A stretch of DNA of 64,000 nucleotides. It comes from an uncultured Actinomycetes bacterium. GTDB lineage: Bacteria; Actinomycetota; Actinomycetes; Streptosporangiales; Streptosporangiaceae. This document shows, piece by piece, positions 54,384 through 61,801 of this stretch; positions within the stretch are counted from its first letter, which is position 1, and each line of letters begins with the position of its first letter. The DNA lies in contig CAVSZI010000013.1 in NCBI GenBank assembly GCA_963732345.1, forward strand, positions 32,169 through 96,168, given 5' to 3'. The translations under genes were made by a program, and so were the position numbers. The notes beneath the pieces are model-generated. The model saw only the letters and a program-made list of their open reading frames with translations, was not told the DNA's origin and did not search any database.

Positions 54384-56942
54384 ATGGCCGGCGACCGCGC
54401 ACGAGTGAGCTACGACCCGAGCCGCAAGTGGCGAGGGGTCATAGCCCAGCAGGGCCGGGTGACCGTCGAAGCGGACTGGAACGAGGCCGCGACGATCGGC
54501 GAGGAGCGCGACCGGCACGTGACACTCGACGTCGTCGGCCCCGTCGGGACACCCGACGACGGCTACGCCGTCACCGCTGTCCGGGCGACGGGTGAGCATT
54601 CAGCATCGGCGCCGGACCATCTCACGATCGGCAGGGGCACGCTCTACCTCGGTGGTGAGCGGCTCGACCTCGACGAGCAGGTGCATTACAGCGCGCAGCC
54701 CGACTGGCTCGACCACTCGACGGATCCGCTGTGGAAGGCCCCAGGGGCGCAGCACGGGAGGCACGAGCTCGTCTACCTGCTGGCGACCGAGCAGGAAGTG
54801 TCAGCCGTCGAGGACCCGGCGCTCGCCGACGTCGCCCTCGGCGGCCCGGACACCATGCAACGCCGGCGTATCCTCCAGCGTTTCGTGCGCTACCCGAGCG
54901 AATCGGGCCGCTGCGAGGGCTCGCGGAGTGCGCTGGACAGGTCCCTCGCCGACCACGGGCTGCAGCTCGACGCGGCGTCGATGATGGCCGGCTCGACCGC
55001 GAGGCTGAAGGTGTCGTTCCCGGACATTCCGGCCACCCCGAACGCCGGCCAGCCCGTGCCGACCGGCGCCTATCTGGGCGCCGAGAACCAGATGATCCGG
55101 GTCATGGTCACGGGCATCGATCACGCAACGCACGAGCCGACCATCGTCTGGGGATTCGATGACGCCTCCCTCCTCTACCGGGTCCTGACGGCGACGCCGG
55201 ACTCCGGGAGCACCACGCTCACGCTCGCCAGCGCGCCCGTGGACAGCTACCACTACCCGGCGCAGGGCCAGGCGGTGGAGTTGCTGCGCGATGCGGTCAG
55301 GCTCACCAGTACCGACTACATCGCGTCACCGGCCGGCTATGTCTCGACCCTTACCGGCGCCTACGATCCGGCCAGCAGGAACCTCGTGCTCTCCGCCGGC
55401 CCGGGTGAGCCCCCGGGCGGTTACCCGCCCGATTACCTTTCCCCCGAAAGGACCCCGCAGCTCTACCTGCGCGTGTGGCAGGCGACCGCACATGCTCGGC
55501 CGGGCAAACCGGTCCCGCTCGGCGACACCGGCGTCGCCGTCACGCTTACCTCGCACAACCACCGCTTCCACGTCGGCGACTTCTGGCGCTTCGCGCTGCG
55601 GCCGATCCAGCCGGCGATCGTCTATCCGGAACGCTACCTCCGCGCTCCCCAGCCCCCCGACGGCCCACGGACCTGGGCCTGCCCGCTAGCGGCGCTGACC
55701 TGGGAGGAGGAGCGCGCGAAAGTGTCACGCTGCATCCCGCGTTTCTCCGGCCTTACGGAGACCGCCGGACGGGGCGGCTGTTGCACGGTGGACGTCGGGC
55801 CGGAGGATATCGACGACGGAGCCGCCCTGCAAAGCCTCCTGGCCGGCTACGCGCACCAGGGACCCATCACCATCTGCCTGCAGCCGGGTACCTACACGCT
55901 CCGCGCGCCTCTCGTGCTCGGACCGGAACTCGATGGCATCACGCTGCAGGCCTGCCGCGAGGAGGTGGTCCTGCGGGCTCCGGAACAAGCGGGGGATGAG
56001 TTCGTCCTCGGGCTCATCGCCGTCCGGGATGCGACCTCGGTCACGATCCGGGGCGTAGAGCTGGTCCCACCGCAGGTCAGGTTCTCCCCCGCCGAACGCT
56101 CGTTCTCCGGCATGCACCCGCGCAACCACGACCTCCTCAGGGAGTTCTCCCGCGGGCTGCACGTCGCGATCGGCATCTCCGTCCACAACTCCGCTGGCCT
56201 CGCCGTGCAGAACTGCACCTTCAGCCACCCGGATCCGGGCCGCCACCCGGATCCGGGCCGGGCGAACAGCTTCAGCGCCGGGATCTTCGCGACCGGGGTC
56301 ATCGAGGATGTCGATATCACGGGATGCACCTTCCAGCCCGTCAGCCCGCCGGCGGCCGGGCACCGGCACCGGCACCGCCGGCGACGGTCCGCGGACGGGG
56401 ATCGGCCGGTCCCATGGCATGATCTCGCGACGGGCGAACGGGCCGGCTCCGCGCACCAGGTGAGCTTCGGATACCTCCAGGTGCCGGCCTCCGGGCCCGA
56501 CCACCGGGAGATCAGGCCGCACCGGCTCGACGACGCGACGATCGAGCGGTGCCTGTTCCTGGGCATGACGGTCCCGGCGCTGGTCATGGCCCACCTCGGC
56601 ACGTTGCGTGTTAGCCGGAACACGGTCCGCGGCTGCTACGGCGGCTTCTGGTTCGTCTCGCTGGCCGATGCGGAGCTGTCCGTCATGTTCGACCGGATCG
56701 CGGTCGGCGACGCCGACGCGTACCGGGAGCTCTCCGGCAACCGCGGGGGCGCCGCGCTGCTGGACCGGGTCTTCGTGCTCGCGACCGCGATCGGCCAGGT
56801 GCTGCCTGTGGCCCATCCGGCCGGCGGCCGCCTTTCGGCCGGCCGGTTCCGCCGGCCCGACGAGGCACTGCTGGCGCCGCGCCCGCCAGATGTTCAGCGA
56901 CTTCTACACGCAGGCTGCGGAGTCAGCCGAGCAGCCGGATGA
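54384..56942 (+). CDS. DUF6519-like N-terminal domain protein with right-handed beta-helix repeats
   Basis: ATG after GGGAGAGGGAGA (alt GTG 54345, which forms a GTGA overlap). MAGDRARVSYDPSRKWRGVIAQQGRVTVEADWNE matches the DUF6519 N-terminus. Later parallel beta-helix-type repeats appear (SVTIRGVELV, HNSAGLAVQNCTFSH, VDITGCTFQP, LRVSRNTVRGCYGGFWFVS). The 3' end probably continues into 56890..58176 by frameshift. Confidence 0.6.
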   Translation: MAGDRARVSYDPSRKWRGVIAQQGRVTVEADWNEAATIGEERDRHVTLDVVGPVGTPDDGYAVTAVRATGEHSASAPDHLTIGRGTLYLGGERLDLDEQVHYSAQPDWLDHSTDPLWKAPGAQHGRHELVYLLATEQEVSAVEDPALADVALGGPDTMQRRRILQRFVRYPSESGRCEGSRSALDRSLADHGLQLDAASMMAGSTARLKVSFPDIPATPNAGQPVPTGAYLGAENQMIRVMVTGIDHATHEPTIVWGFDDASLLYRVLTATPDSGSTTLTLASAPVDSYHYPAQGQAVELLRDAVRLTSTDYIASPAGYVSTLTGAYDPASRNLVLSAGPGEPPGGYPPDYLSPERTPQLYLRVWQATAHARPGKPVPLGDTGVAVTLTSHNHRFHVGDFWRFALRPIQPAIVYPERYLRAPQPPDGPRTWACPLAALTWEEERAKVSRCIPRFSGLTETAGRGGCCTVDVGPEDIDDGAALQSLLAGYAHQGPITICLQPGTYTLRAPLVLGPELDGITLQACREEVVLRAPEQAGDEFVLGLIAVRDATSVTIRGVELVPPQVRFSPAERSFSGMHPRNHDLLREFSRGLHVAIGISVHNSAGLAVQNCTFSHPDPGRHPDPGRANSFSAGIFATGVIEDVDITGCTFQPVSPPAAGHRHRHRRRRSADGDRPVPWHDLATGERAGSAHQVSFGYLQVPASGPDHREIRPHRLDDATIERCLFLGMTVPALVMAHLGTLRVSRNTVRGCYGGFWFVSLADAELSVMFDRIAVGDADAYRELSGNRGGAALLDRVFVLATAIGQVLPVAHPAGGRLSAGRFRRPDEALLAPRPPDVQRLLHAGCGVSRAAG

Positions 56943-58176
56943 GATCGATGCCCTCTTCAGGAACCGGGACATCGCCGGATGGGAAACGCCCGAGCCGGAG
57001 GAGGACAACGGACCGGGCAGCCCCCGCGAAGGGGACCGAGACCGCGGCAGGCCGCTGTCCCTGCGGCTGGATCTCGGTGACTGCCAGGTCGACGGCATCA
57101 TCGCCGATTCCTATTGCGGCGCCGGTCTGCTGGTCGCCGACTTCACGGCAGGACCAGGGTCGGCCCTCATCCACGACAACCGGATCCGGAGCCGCTTCCC
57201 CGGTGGTGAGACCGTTTTCGTCGGAGGGGTCAGGGAGGCCTGCGTCACGGGAAACGTCGTGGCGAACGAGGTCGACCGCCAGCGGAGGAACTGGGAAAGC
57301 CACAGCATGGGGCTGCGCCCGGCGACCACGCCGCCCGCGGTGGCCATTACCGGCAACGTCTTCATTGGCCCGCCCCGTCTCCCCCGGCGCCACCACCTGC
57401 CGGATGATGCGCACCTCGACAACTGGCGGCTGCTGAACACGGTGATCGATGACGCCGGATGGGCCGAACAGCGGGACCGGCCCGAATCCGGGCCGGCGCA
57501 AGGCGAGTGGGCCGAACCGGAGGAGCGGGCCGAACCGGAGGAGCGGGCCGGACCGGAGGAGCGGGCCGGACCGGAGGAGCGGGCCGGACCGGAAGAGCGG
57601 GCCGGACCGGAAGAGCGGGCCGAACCGGAAGAGCGGGCCGGACCGGAAGAGCGGGCCGAACCGGAAGAGCGGGCCGAACCGGAAGAGCGGGAGGAGCGGG
57701 CCGAATGGGAAGAGCGGCCCGGACCGGAAAAGGGGCCCGGACCGGAAGAGCGGGCCGAACCGGAGGAGGGGCCCGGACCGGAAGAGCGGGCCGGACCGGA
57801 AGAGCGGCCCGGATGGGAGGACGTGGTCCAGACCGGCGTCATCCCATCCGTCCCCGCGCGATCACCGCTCCGGCTCCGGGTCACCCGGGGCGCTGAGGCG
57901 GGGCGGACGTTCGATCTCCATCAGGGTGACCTGACCATAGGGCGCCGGTGGATGTCGAAGATCCGGCTCGAGGACCCCTCGGTCTCCCACCGTCACGCCA
58001 TGCTGCGCGTGCGCGACCAGAGTGTGACGATCGAGGACCTGCACTCCACCAACGGAACCAGGGTCAATGCCATGGACATCCAGCAGGAGACCCCTCTCGC
58101 GCCCGGTGACCAGATCGACGTGGGCGGCGTGCACCTGGTGGTCGAGCGAGCCGAGCCGGCAAGTCCGGGCGAGTGA
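56890..58176 (+). CDS. beta-helix / acidic PEER-repeat / C-terminal FHA-domain protein (probably 3' part of the preceding gene)
   Basis: Frame of ORF 56608..58176; first plausible ATG is 56890, with no SD. Beta-helix repeats continue (ALIHDNRIRS, CVTGNVVANEV, AITGNVFIG), followed by about 17 x (A/P)(E/G)PEER units. The C-terminus is then LRVTRGAEAGRTFDLHQGDLTIGRRWMSKIRLEDPSVSHRHAMLRVRDQSVTIEDLHSTNGTRVN, a canonical FHA domain. Confidence 0.7.
   Translation: MFSDFYTQAAESAEQPDEIDALFRNRDIAGWETPEPEEDNGPGSPREGDRDRGRPLSLRLDLGDCQVDGIIADSYCGAGLLVADFTAGPGSALIHDNRIRSRFPGGETVFVGGVREACVTGNVVANEVDRQRRNWESHSMGLRPATTPPAVAITGNVFIGPPRLPRRHHLPDDAHLDNWRLLNTVIDDAGWAEQRDRPESGPAQGEWAEPEERAEPEERAGPEERAGPEERAGPEERAGPEERAEPEERAGPEERAEPEERAEPEEREERAEWEERPGPEKGPGPEERAEPEEGPGPEERAGPEERPGWEDVVQTGVIPSVPARSPLRLRVTRGAEAGRTFDLHQGDLTIGRRWMSKIRLEDPSVSHRHAMLRVRDQSVTIEDLHSTNGTRVNAMDIQQETPLAPGDQIDVGGVHLVVERAEPASPGE
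57511..57826 (+). repeat. ~17 x 18-bp in-frame tandem repeat (AEPEER/AGPEER)
   Basis: gccgaaccggaggagcgg and close variants are repeated head-to-tail from 57511, with one 9-bp irregularity. Confidence 0.9.
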
Positions 58177-58190
58177 CGACCGGCCCGGGA

Positions 58191-58571
58191 TCACTGATCG
58201 CTCACCGCGATCTGGCCGGCCGAGCTCACCGTTACGGCGCCAGCCCAGGCGCAGGTGCACTGGGACGCGTCGTCGAGGGCGCTGACCTCGCTGATCGTGA
58301 CCCGCGCGGAGCCCGGCGCCCACGGTGATACCAGCACGGGCAGGCACGGCTGAGGGGTGAGGACGCCGTCCGCCGCGGCCGTGGCCGAGGCCACCTGCGG
58401 GTTGGCCAGTGACACACACATACCGAACGGCGGCACGTTCGCCGCCGTGACATCGGTCACGACCCCGACCGGGCTGCCCGCCGAGGTCTGGATGCCAGAT
58501 GCGGCAAAGGTCGCCGGTGTCGTGCCCATGGAGCATTGCAGCGTGGCCCCGGTACAGACCAGCTTCGGCAT
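58191..58571 (-). CDS. DUF4280 (PAAR-like) spike-tip protein
   Basis: Internal ATG 58571 of ORF 58191..58661, preceded by GGGGAGGA. MPKLVCTGATLQCSMGTTPATFAAS...NVPPFGMCVSLANPQVASATAAA...PQPCLPV...W.PGS..V.I...ALDDASQCTCAWAGAVTVSSAGQ is the DUF4280 pattern. Confidence 0.8.
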   Translation of the reverse strand: MPKLVCTGATLQCSMGTTPATFAASGIQTSAGSPVGVVTDVTAANVPPFGMCVSLANPQVASATAAADGVLTPQPCLPVLVSPWAPGSARVTISEVSALDDASQCTCAWAGAVTVSSAGQIAVSDQ

Positions 58572-58575
58572 GGGG

Positions 58576-59382
58576 TCATCCTCCCCGGCTGCCGCGATGG
58601 ACAGCCTCACGGTGGCGGTCACTGCCCAGGCCCCGGGCAGGTTGCCCGTCACACCCCTCAAGCAGCTGTTCCATGGACCGGGACGGCCGGGCCCCGAGCT
58701 CGTTCGCGAGCAGGCGAGCGTAACCCCGGTACTGGCGAAGGGCCTCGGTGGCGTTGCCCTCCCTCAGGTGCACCCGGATTACCTGACGCTGGGCACTCTC
58801 GCGCAGCGGCTCGCAGGCTACGGCGGTCAGGCCAGCTTCAAGTGCGAGCGCGTAACGACCGACGTCGGTCAGACGGTGGCAGATTGCCTCGAGGGCGTGC
58901 AGACGAAGCTGGCGGAAGCGCTCCCGCTCGACGAGCAGCCAGTCCTCGTACCAGTCGGGCAGCAGATCGGCGCCGAGCTGACGCAACTGGACGCCCACGT
59001 CGTCAGTGGCCTGGAGCCCGCCCTCCCGGTCGAGTAGCAATACCGCCCGCGACACGACCTCGTGGAAGTCGACCTGTACGGCCGGATTGAGCCACAGATG
59101 GGTGCTCGATGCCACGATCAGCGGTCGGCCGTGGAGCGACGGTGTGCGCCAGAGGGCGGAGCGCAGGCTGGAGCTGGCTCGCTGCTCAGGAGCGTCGGTC
59201 CACAGCATCCCGCTGGCGTGCGACCGCCGCACCGCCCGATCCTGGAGGGCCACAAAGGCCATTAACCGCTGAGCGCTGAAGGCCACCCGCACCACCGAGT
59301 CCCCACTGCGCAGCTCGAAGCCCCGAATGAGCGAAAGGCGGAGTGGAGGATCTCTCTCTACCGTTTGCGTATAGCTTTCCAT
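58576..59382 (-). CDS. SARP-family transcriptional activator (OmpR-type wHTH + BTAD)
   Basis: LRLSLIRGFELRSGDSVVRVAFSAQRLMAFVALQ...SSLRSALWR (winged helix), then DFHEVVSRA...LLPDWYEDWLLVERERFRQLRLHALEAI...ALEAGLTAVACEPLRESAQRQVIRVHLREGNATEALRQYRGYARLLANELGARPS (BTAD). It has an in-frame TTA (Leu40) at 59263-59265. Its stop lies 4 nt before the DUF4280 start. Confidence 0.8.
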   Translation of the reverse strand: MESYTQTVERDPPLRLSLIRGFELRSGDSVVRVAFSAQRLMAFVALQDRAVRRSHASGMLWTDAPEQRASSSLRSALWRTPSLHGRPLIVASSTHLWLNPAVQVDFHEVVSRAVLLLDREGGLQATDDVGVQLRQLGADLLPDWYEDWLLVERERFRQLRLHALEAICHRLTDVGRYALALEAGLTAVACEPLRESAQRQVIRVHLREGNATEALRQYRGYARLLANELGARPSRSMEQLLEGCDGQPARGLGSDRHREAVHRGSRGG

Positions 59383-59757
59383 GGTCGCCTAACCTACGCT
59401 TGAATTGATAGATTGATGAGCGGTTCATGAGCAGGCCACCATTATCTGCGCAGTACTGGCCTCGCGATATTTGGGCGGCAAATGGAGAGATGTGAATAAT
59501 CCGCGACTGAGCGGATATCCGAGGCTCGGAGGGCAAGTCACGTGGCGGGCCAGGAGCGCATGGCCATGCCGCCATTGAGTCTCCGCCGCGCCGAGCGCTA
59601 TCGCGCAGCCACGCTGCCCGCTCGTCAGGCAGGGGAACACTCCCAGCCCGGACACTTCCGCCGTTTCTGGCCCGCATCTCCGCCTCCTGTGAGCGGAAGG
59701 GTCATATCAGTAAGGGCATCGGCGCAGCTATTACCCGGCTGCGCCCCGGTCGTCAGA

Positions 59758-59785
59758 GCTTCCCTGTTTAAGCTTCCCCGTTAAT
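59758..59785. repeat. 14-bp tandem direct repeat in the A+T-richer region upstream of the SARP gene
   Basis: gcttccctgtttaa / gcttccccgttaat (59758-59771, 59772-59785). Confidence 0.7.
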
Positions 59786-60002
59786 CCCCTTACCGCTAAC
59801 GATGAATGCCCCAGGAATGAATGTCAACCAGTCAAGAGACTGTTCACTTTGACGGGAGTGGTGTATGAGGTGGCTGCTCAGCTTTGCCTGTCTCGGTCTG
59901 GGCGGGGTGTGCCGCCGTAACGTGGCCTGTGCCCAGTACCGGAGGTCAGGTCAGCCTGCGCTGGCCACAGCATGGCCGCCGTCACCCTCGGCTCGTCACG
60001 AT

Positions 60003-61439
60003 TCATAGGCCACGTTCGATGGGCACGACGCCCCGGTGGGCAGCCTCTACAAGAGCCGCATGGTCCGCCTCGGTCTGGTCGGCGTACAGCCGCGCGAATC
60101 GCGCTAGCGCATGGTCGAGACGGTCGGAGGAGCCAGCGTAACCGACGATCATGGATGCGCCGCTGGTACGGGCGTGACCTTTGGCCAGCAGGTGCCCGAT
60201 GATCGCGGCGTAGTCCGCCAGCGCCGCGCCGTCAATGGAGTCCAGGGCAACGGTCCCCTTCATGTTCCTGAACTGGCGCACGTAATACTGGTGTTCGCCG
60301 ACGGTCGTCCAGCCCAGCAGCGGATCGCTCACCGTCTGCAATGCCTGCTGGTACTCGACGACCCGCTGCCCCTGGTGGGCGTGCCAGGCAGAGTCACCGT
60401 GGACGTAGCGGGCCAGGACCGACCGCCGCGCCTGCTTCAACTGCAAGAACACAACGTCGTCAGGGCTGCTGCCCTCGAGCAGCGCTACGTACGCGCGCAG
60501 TCCGACGCTGCCGACGCCCACCACTTTGTGGGCGATATCGATCAGCGTGTAGCCACCCAGAGCCCGTCGCCAGTGCGGCGCAAGGGTGCCCAGATATTCA
60601 TCGAGCCCCCGCGCAACCTGGTCTGCCTCGGCGTAGCTGAGCCGGGTGATCAGCGGGAAGTCTTCAACAATGCGGCGTTTCCCATCCCTTTCACTGGTGA
60701 ACTTAGGGAGCGCCCGGTCGCTGGTTCTCCGGCGCGCGCGCGCTGCGGCCTGTTTGATCTCGGCCCGCAATGACTTGTCCCTCGTGCTCTGGTGCAGGTG
60801 GTCGACGTCGAGGCGCTGGTAGGACCGGGCCAGCAGCGCGGTTGAGGCGAGATCCCCGACCTCCTCGCGGTATCCGGCGACACATCGCAAGACCGCCGAT
60901 TCACACTCCTGCTCGCTTGCGCCGTTCTGGCGGCCGGCGACCCAGATACTCGCGACCAGCCGGCGAAGATCCCATTCCCATCCGCCCGGGTGCGCCTCAT
61001 CAAAGTCGTTCAGGTCAATGACCAGGTCTTGTTCCGGGGAGGCGTAGAAACCGAAGTTGCCCATATGCGCGTCACCGCAAATCACCGGAGTGATACCGGT
61101 GGACGGCGACCGGGCCACATCCTGGGCCATAACGATCGCCGCGCCGCGCATAAATCCATACGGTGAGGCGGCCATTCGGCCTACCCTGACGGGAATCAGC
61201 CAGTCGAGCCTGCCGCGATGCGACTCGGTGATCAGCCGCACCGGGCTGGGCCGGTCGGCCGGTGCGGACCAATCGCCCAGGGAGCTGCGCGGAACCTGCC
61301 GCCGGAGCTCTTTTCCCATCCGGTACCGGTCACGCCGCAAGGTTGATCGCCGTCGTAGTGACGTAAAGGCTTCGCTGTCGGCTGAGGCAAGGACGACGTG
61401 AGCGCGCGCTGGAACGCCTGGGCTGGTGACCTGAACCAT
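60003..61439 (-). CDS. DUF2252 domain protein
   Basis: LIPVRVGRMAASPYGFMRGAAIVMAQDVARSPSTGITPVICGDAHMGNFGFYASPEQDLVIDLNDFDEAHPGGWEWDLRRLVASI is the DUF2252 core. Start placed at ATG 61439 after GGAGAAGAG (the track ORF extends to 61646). Confidence 0.8.
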   Translation of the reverse strand: MVQVTSPGVPARAHVVLASADSEAFTSLRRRSTLRRDRYRMGKELRRQVPRSSLGDWSAPADRPSPVRLITESHRGRLDWLIPVRVGRMAASPYGFMRGAAIVMAQDVARSPSTGITPVICGDAHMGNFGFYASPEQDLVIDLNDFDEAHPGGWEWDLRRLVASIWVAGRQNGASEQECESAVLRCVAGYREEVGDLASTALLARSYQRLDVDHLHQSTRDKSLRAEIKQAAARARRRTSDRALPKFTSERDGKRRIVEDFPLITRLSYAEADQVARGLDEYLGTLAPHWRRALGGYTLIDIAHKVVGVGSVGLRAYVALLEGSSPDDVVFLQLKQARRSVLARYVHGDSAWHAHQGQRVVEYQQALQTVSDPLLGWTTVGEHQYYVRQFRNMKGTVALDSIDGAALADYAAIIGHLLAKGHARTSGASMIVGYAGSSDRLDHALARFARLYADQTEADHAALVEAAHRGVVPIERGL

Positions 61440-61801
61440 TCTCTTCTCCAACCTGGCGCGGGGCCGTGTCCGGATGTCAGCATGCCCTGGCGCTGAGCCG
61501 GCCAAGGCTGTTCCATCATCATCTTCGGTGTCGATCCAGTTCGGCGGCACCGCCATACGCGAAACCCAGATGCTGTCCAAGATCGTTGAAGCGCCTCGGT
61601 AGTCCGTTTCGCTGCCGGAGGTCCCGGGCACGAACCGCTCCGGCACGGCGGACCGCCGCTGCGACGTTCGGGGCTGGCCGGTACGCTGCCGTCAGCGTTC
61701 GCCCCGCTCCGCGCCGGGGTATGTGGGTAAGAGACGGTCAGTCGCGATCCCGGTGCTGGCGGGCGCCGGCCGGTGTATGTCGTTCAGCAGGGAGGCGCCC
61801 G

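Noticed and set aside
59866-60008. 47-codon ORF MRWLLSFACLGLGGVCRRNVACAQ... with a signal-like start and GGGAG upstream
   Set aside because: It overlaps the 3' end of the DUF2252 gene convergently, has no proper lipobox or cleavage site, and is too short to support without expression or homology data.
61440-61801. TPP (THI-box) riboswitch upstream of tenA
   Set aside because: There is only vague resemblance (gggtaagagacgg, gatcccggtgctggcgggcg, cagcagggagg). The hallmark CUGAGA and ACCUGAUCUGGAUAAUGCCAGCG elements are not present. cmsearch with Rfam RF00059 would settle it.
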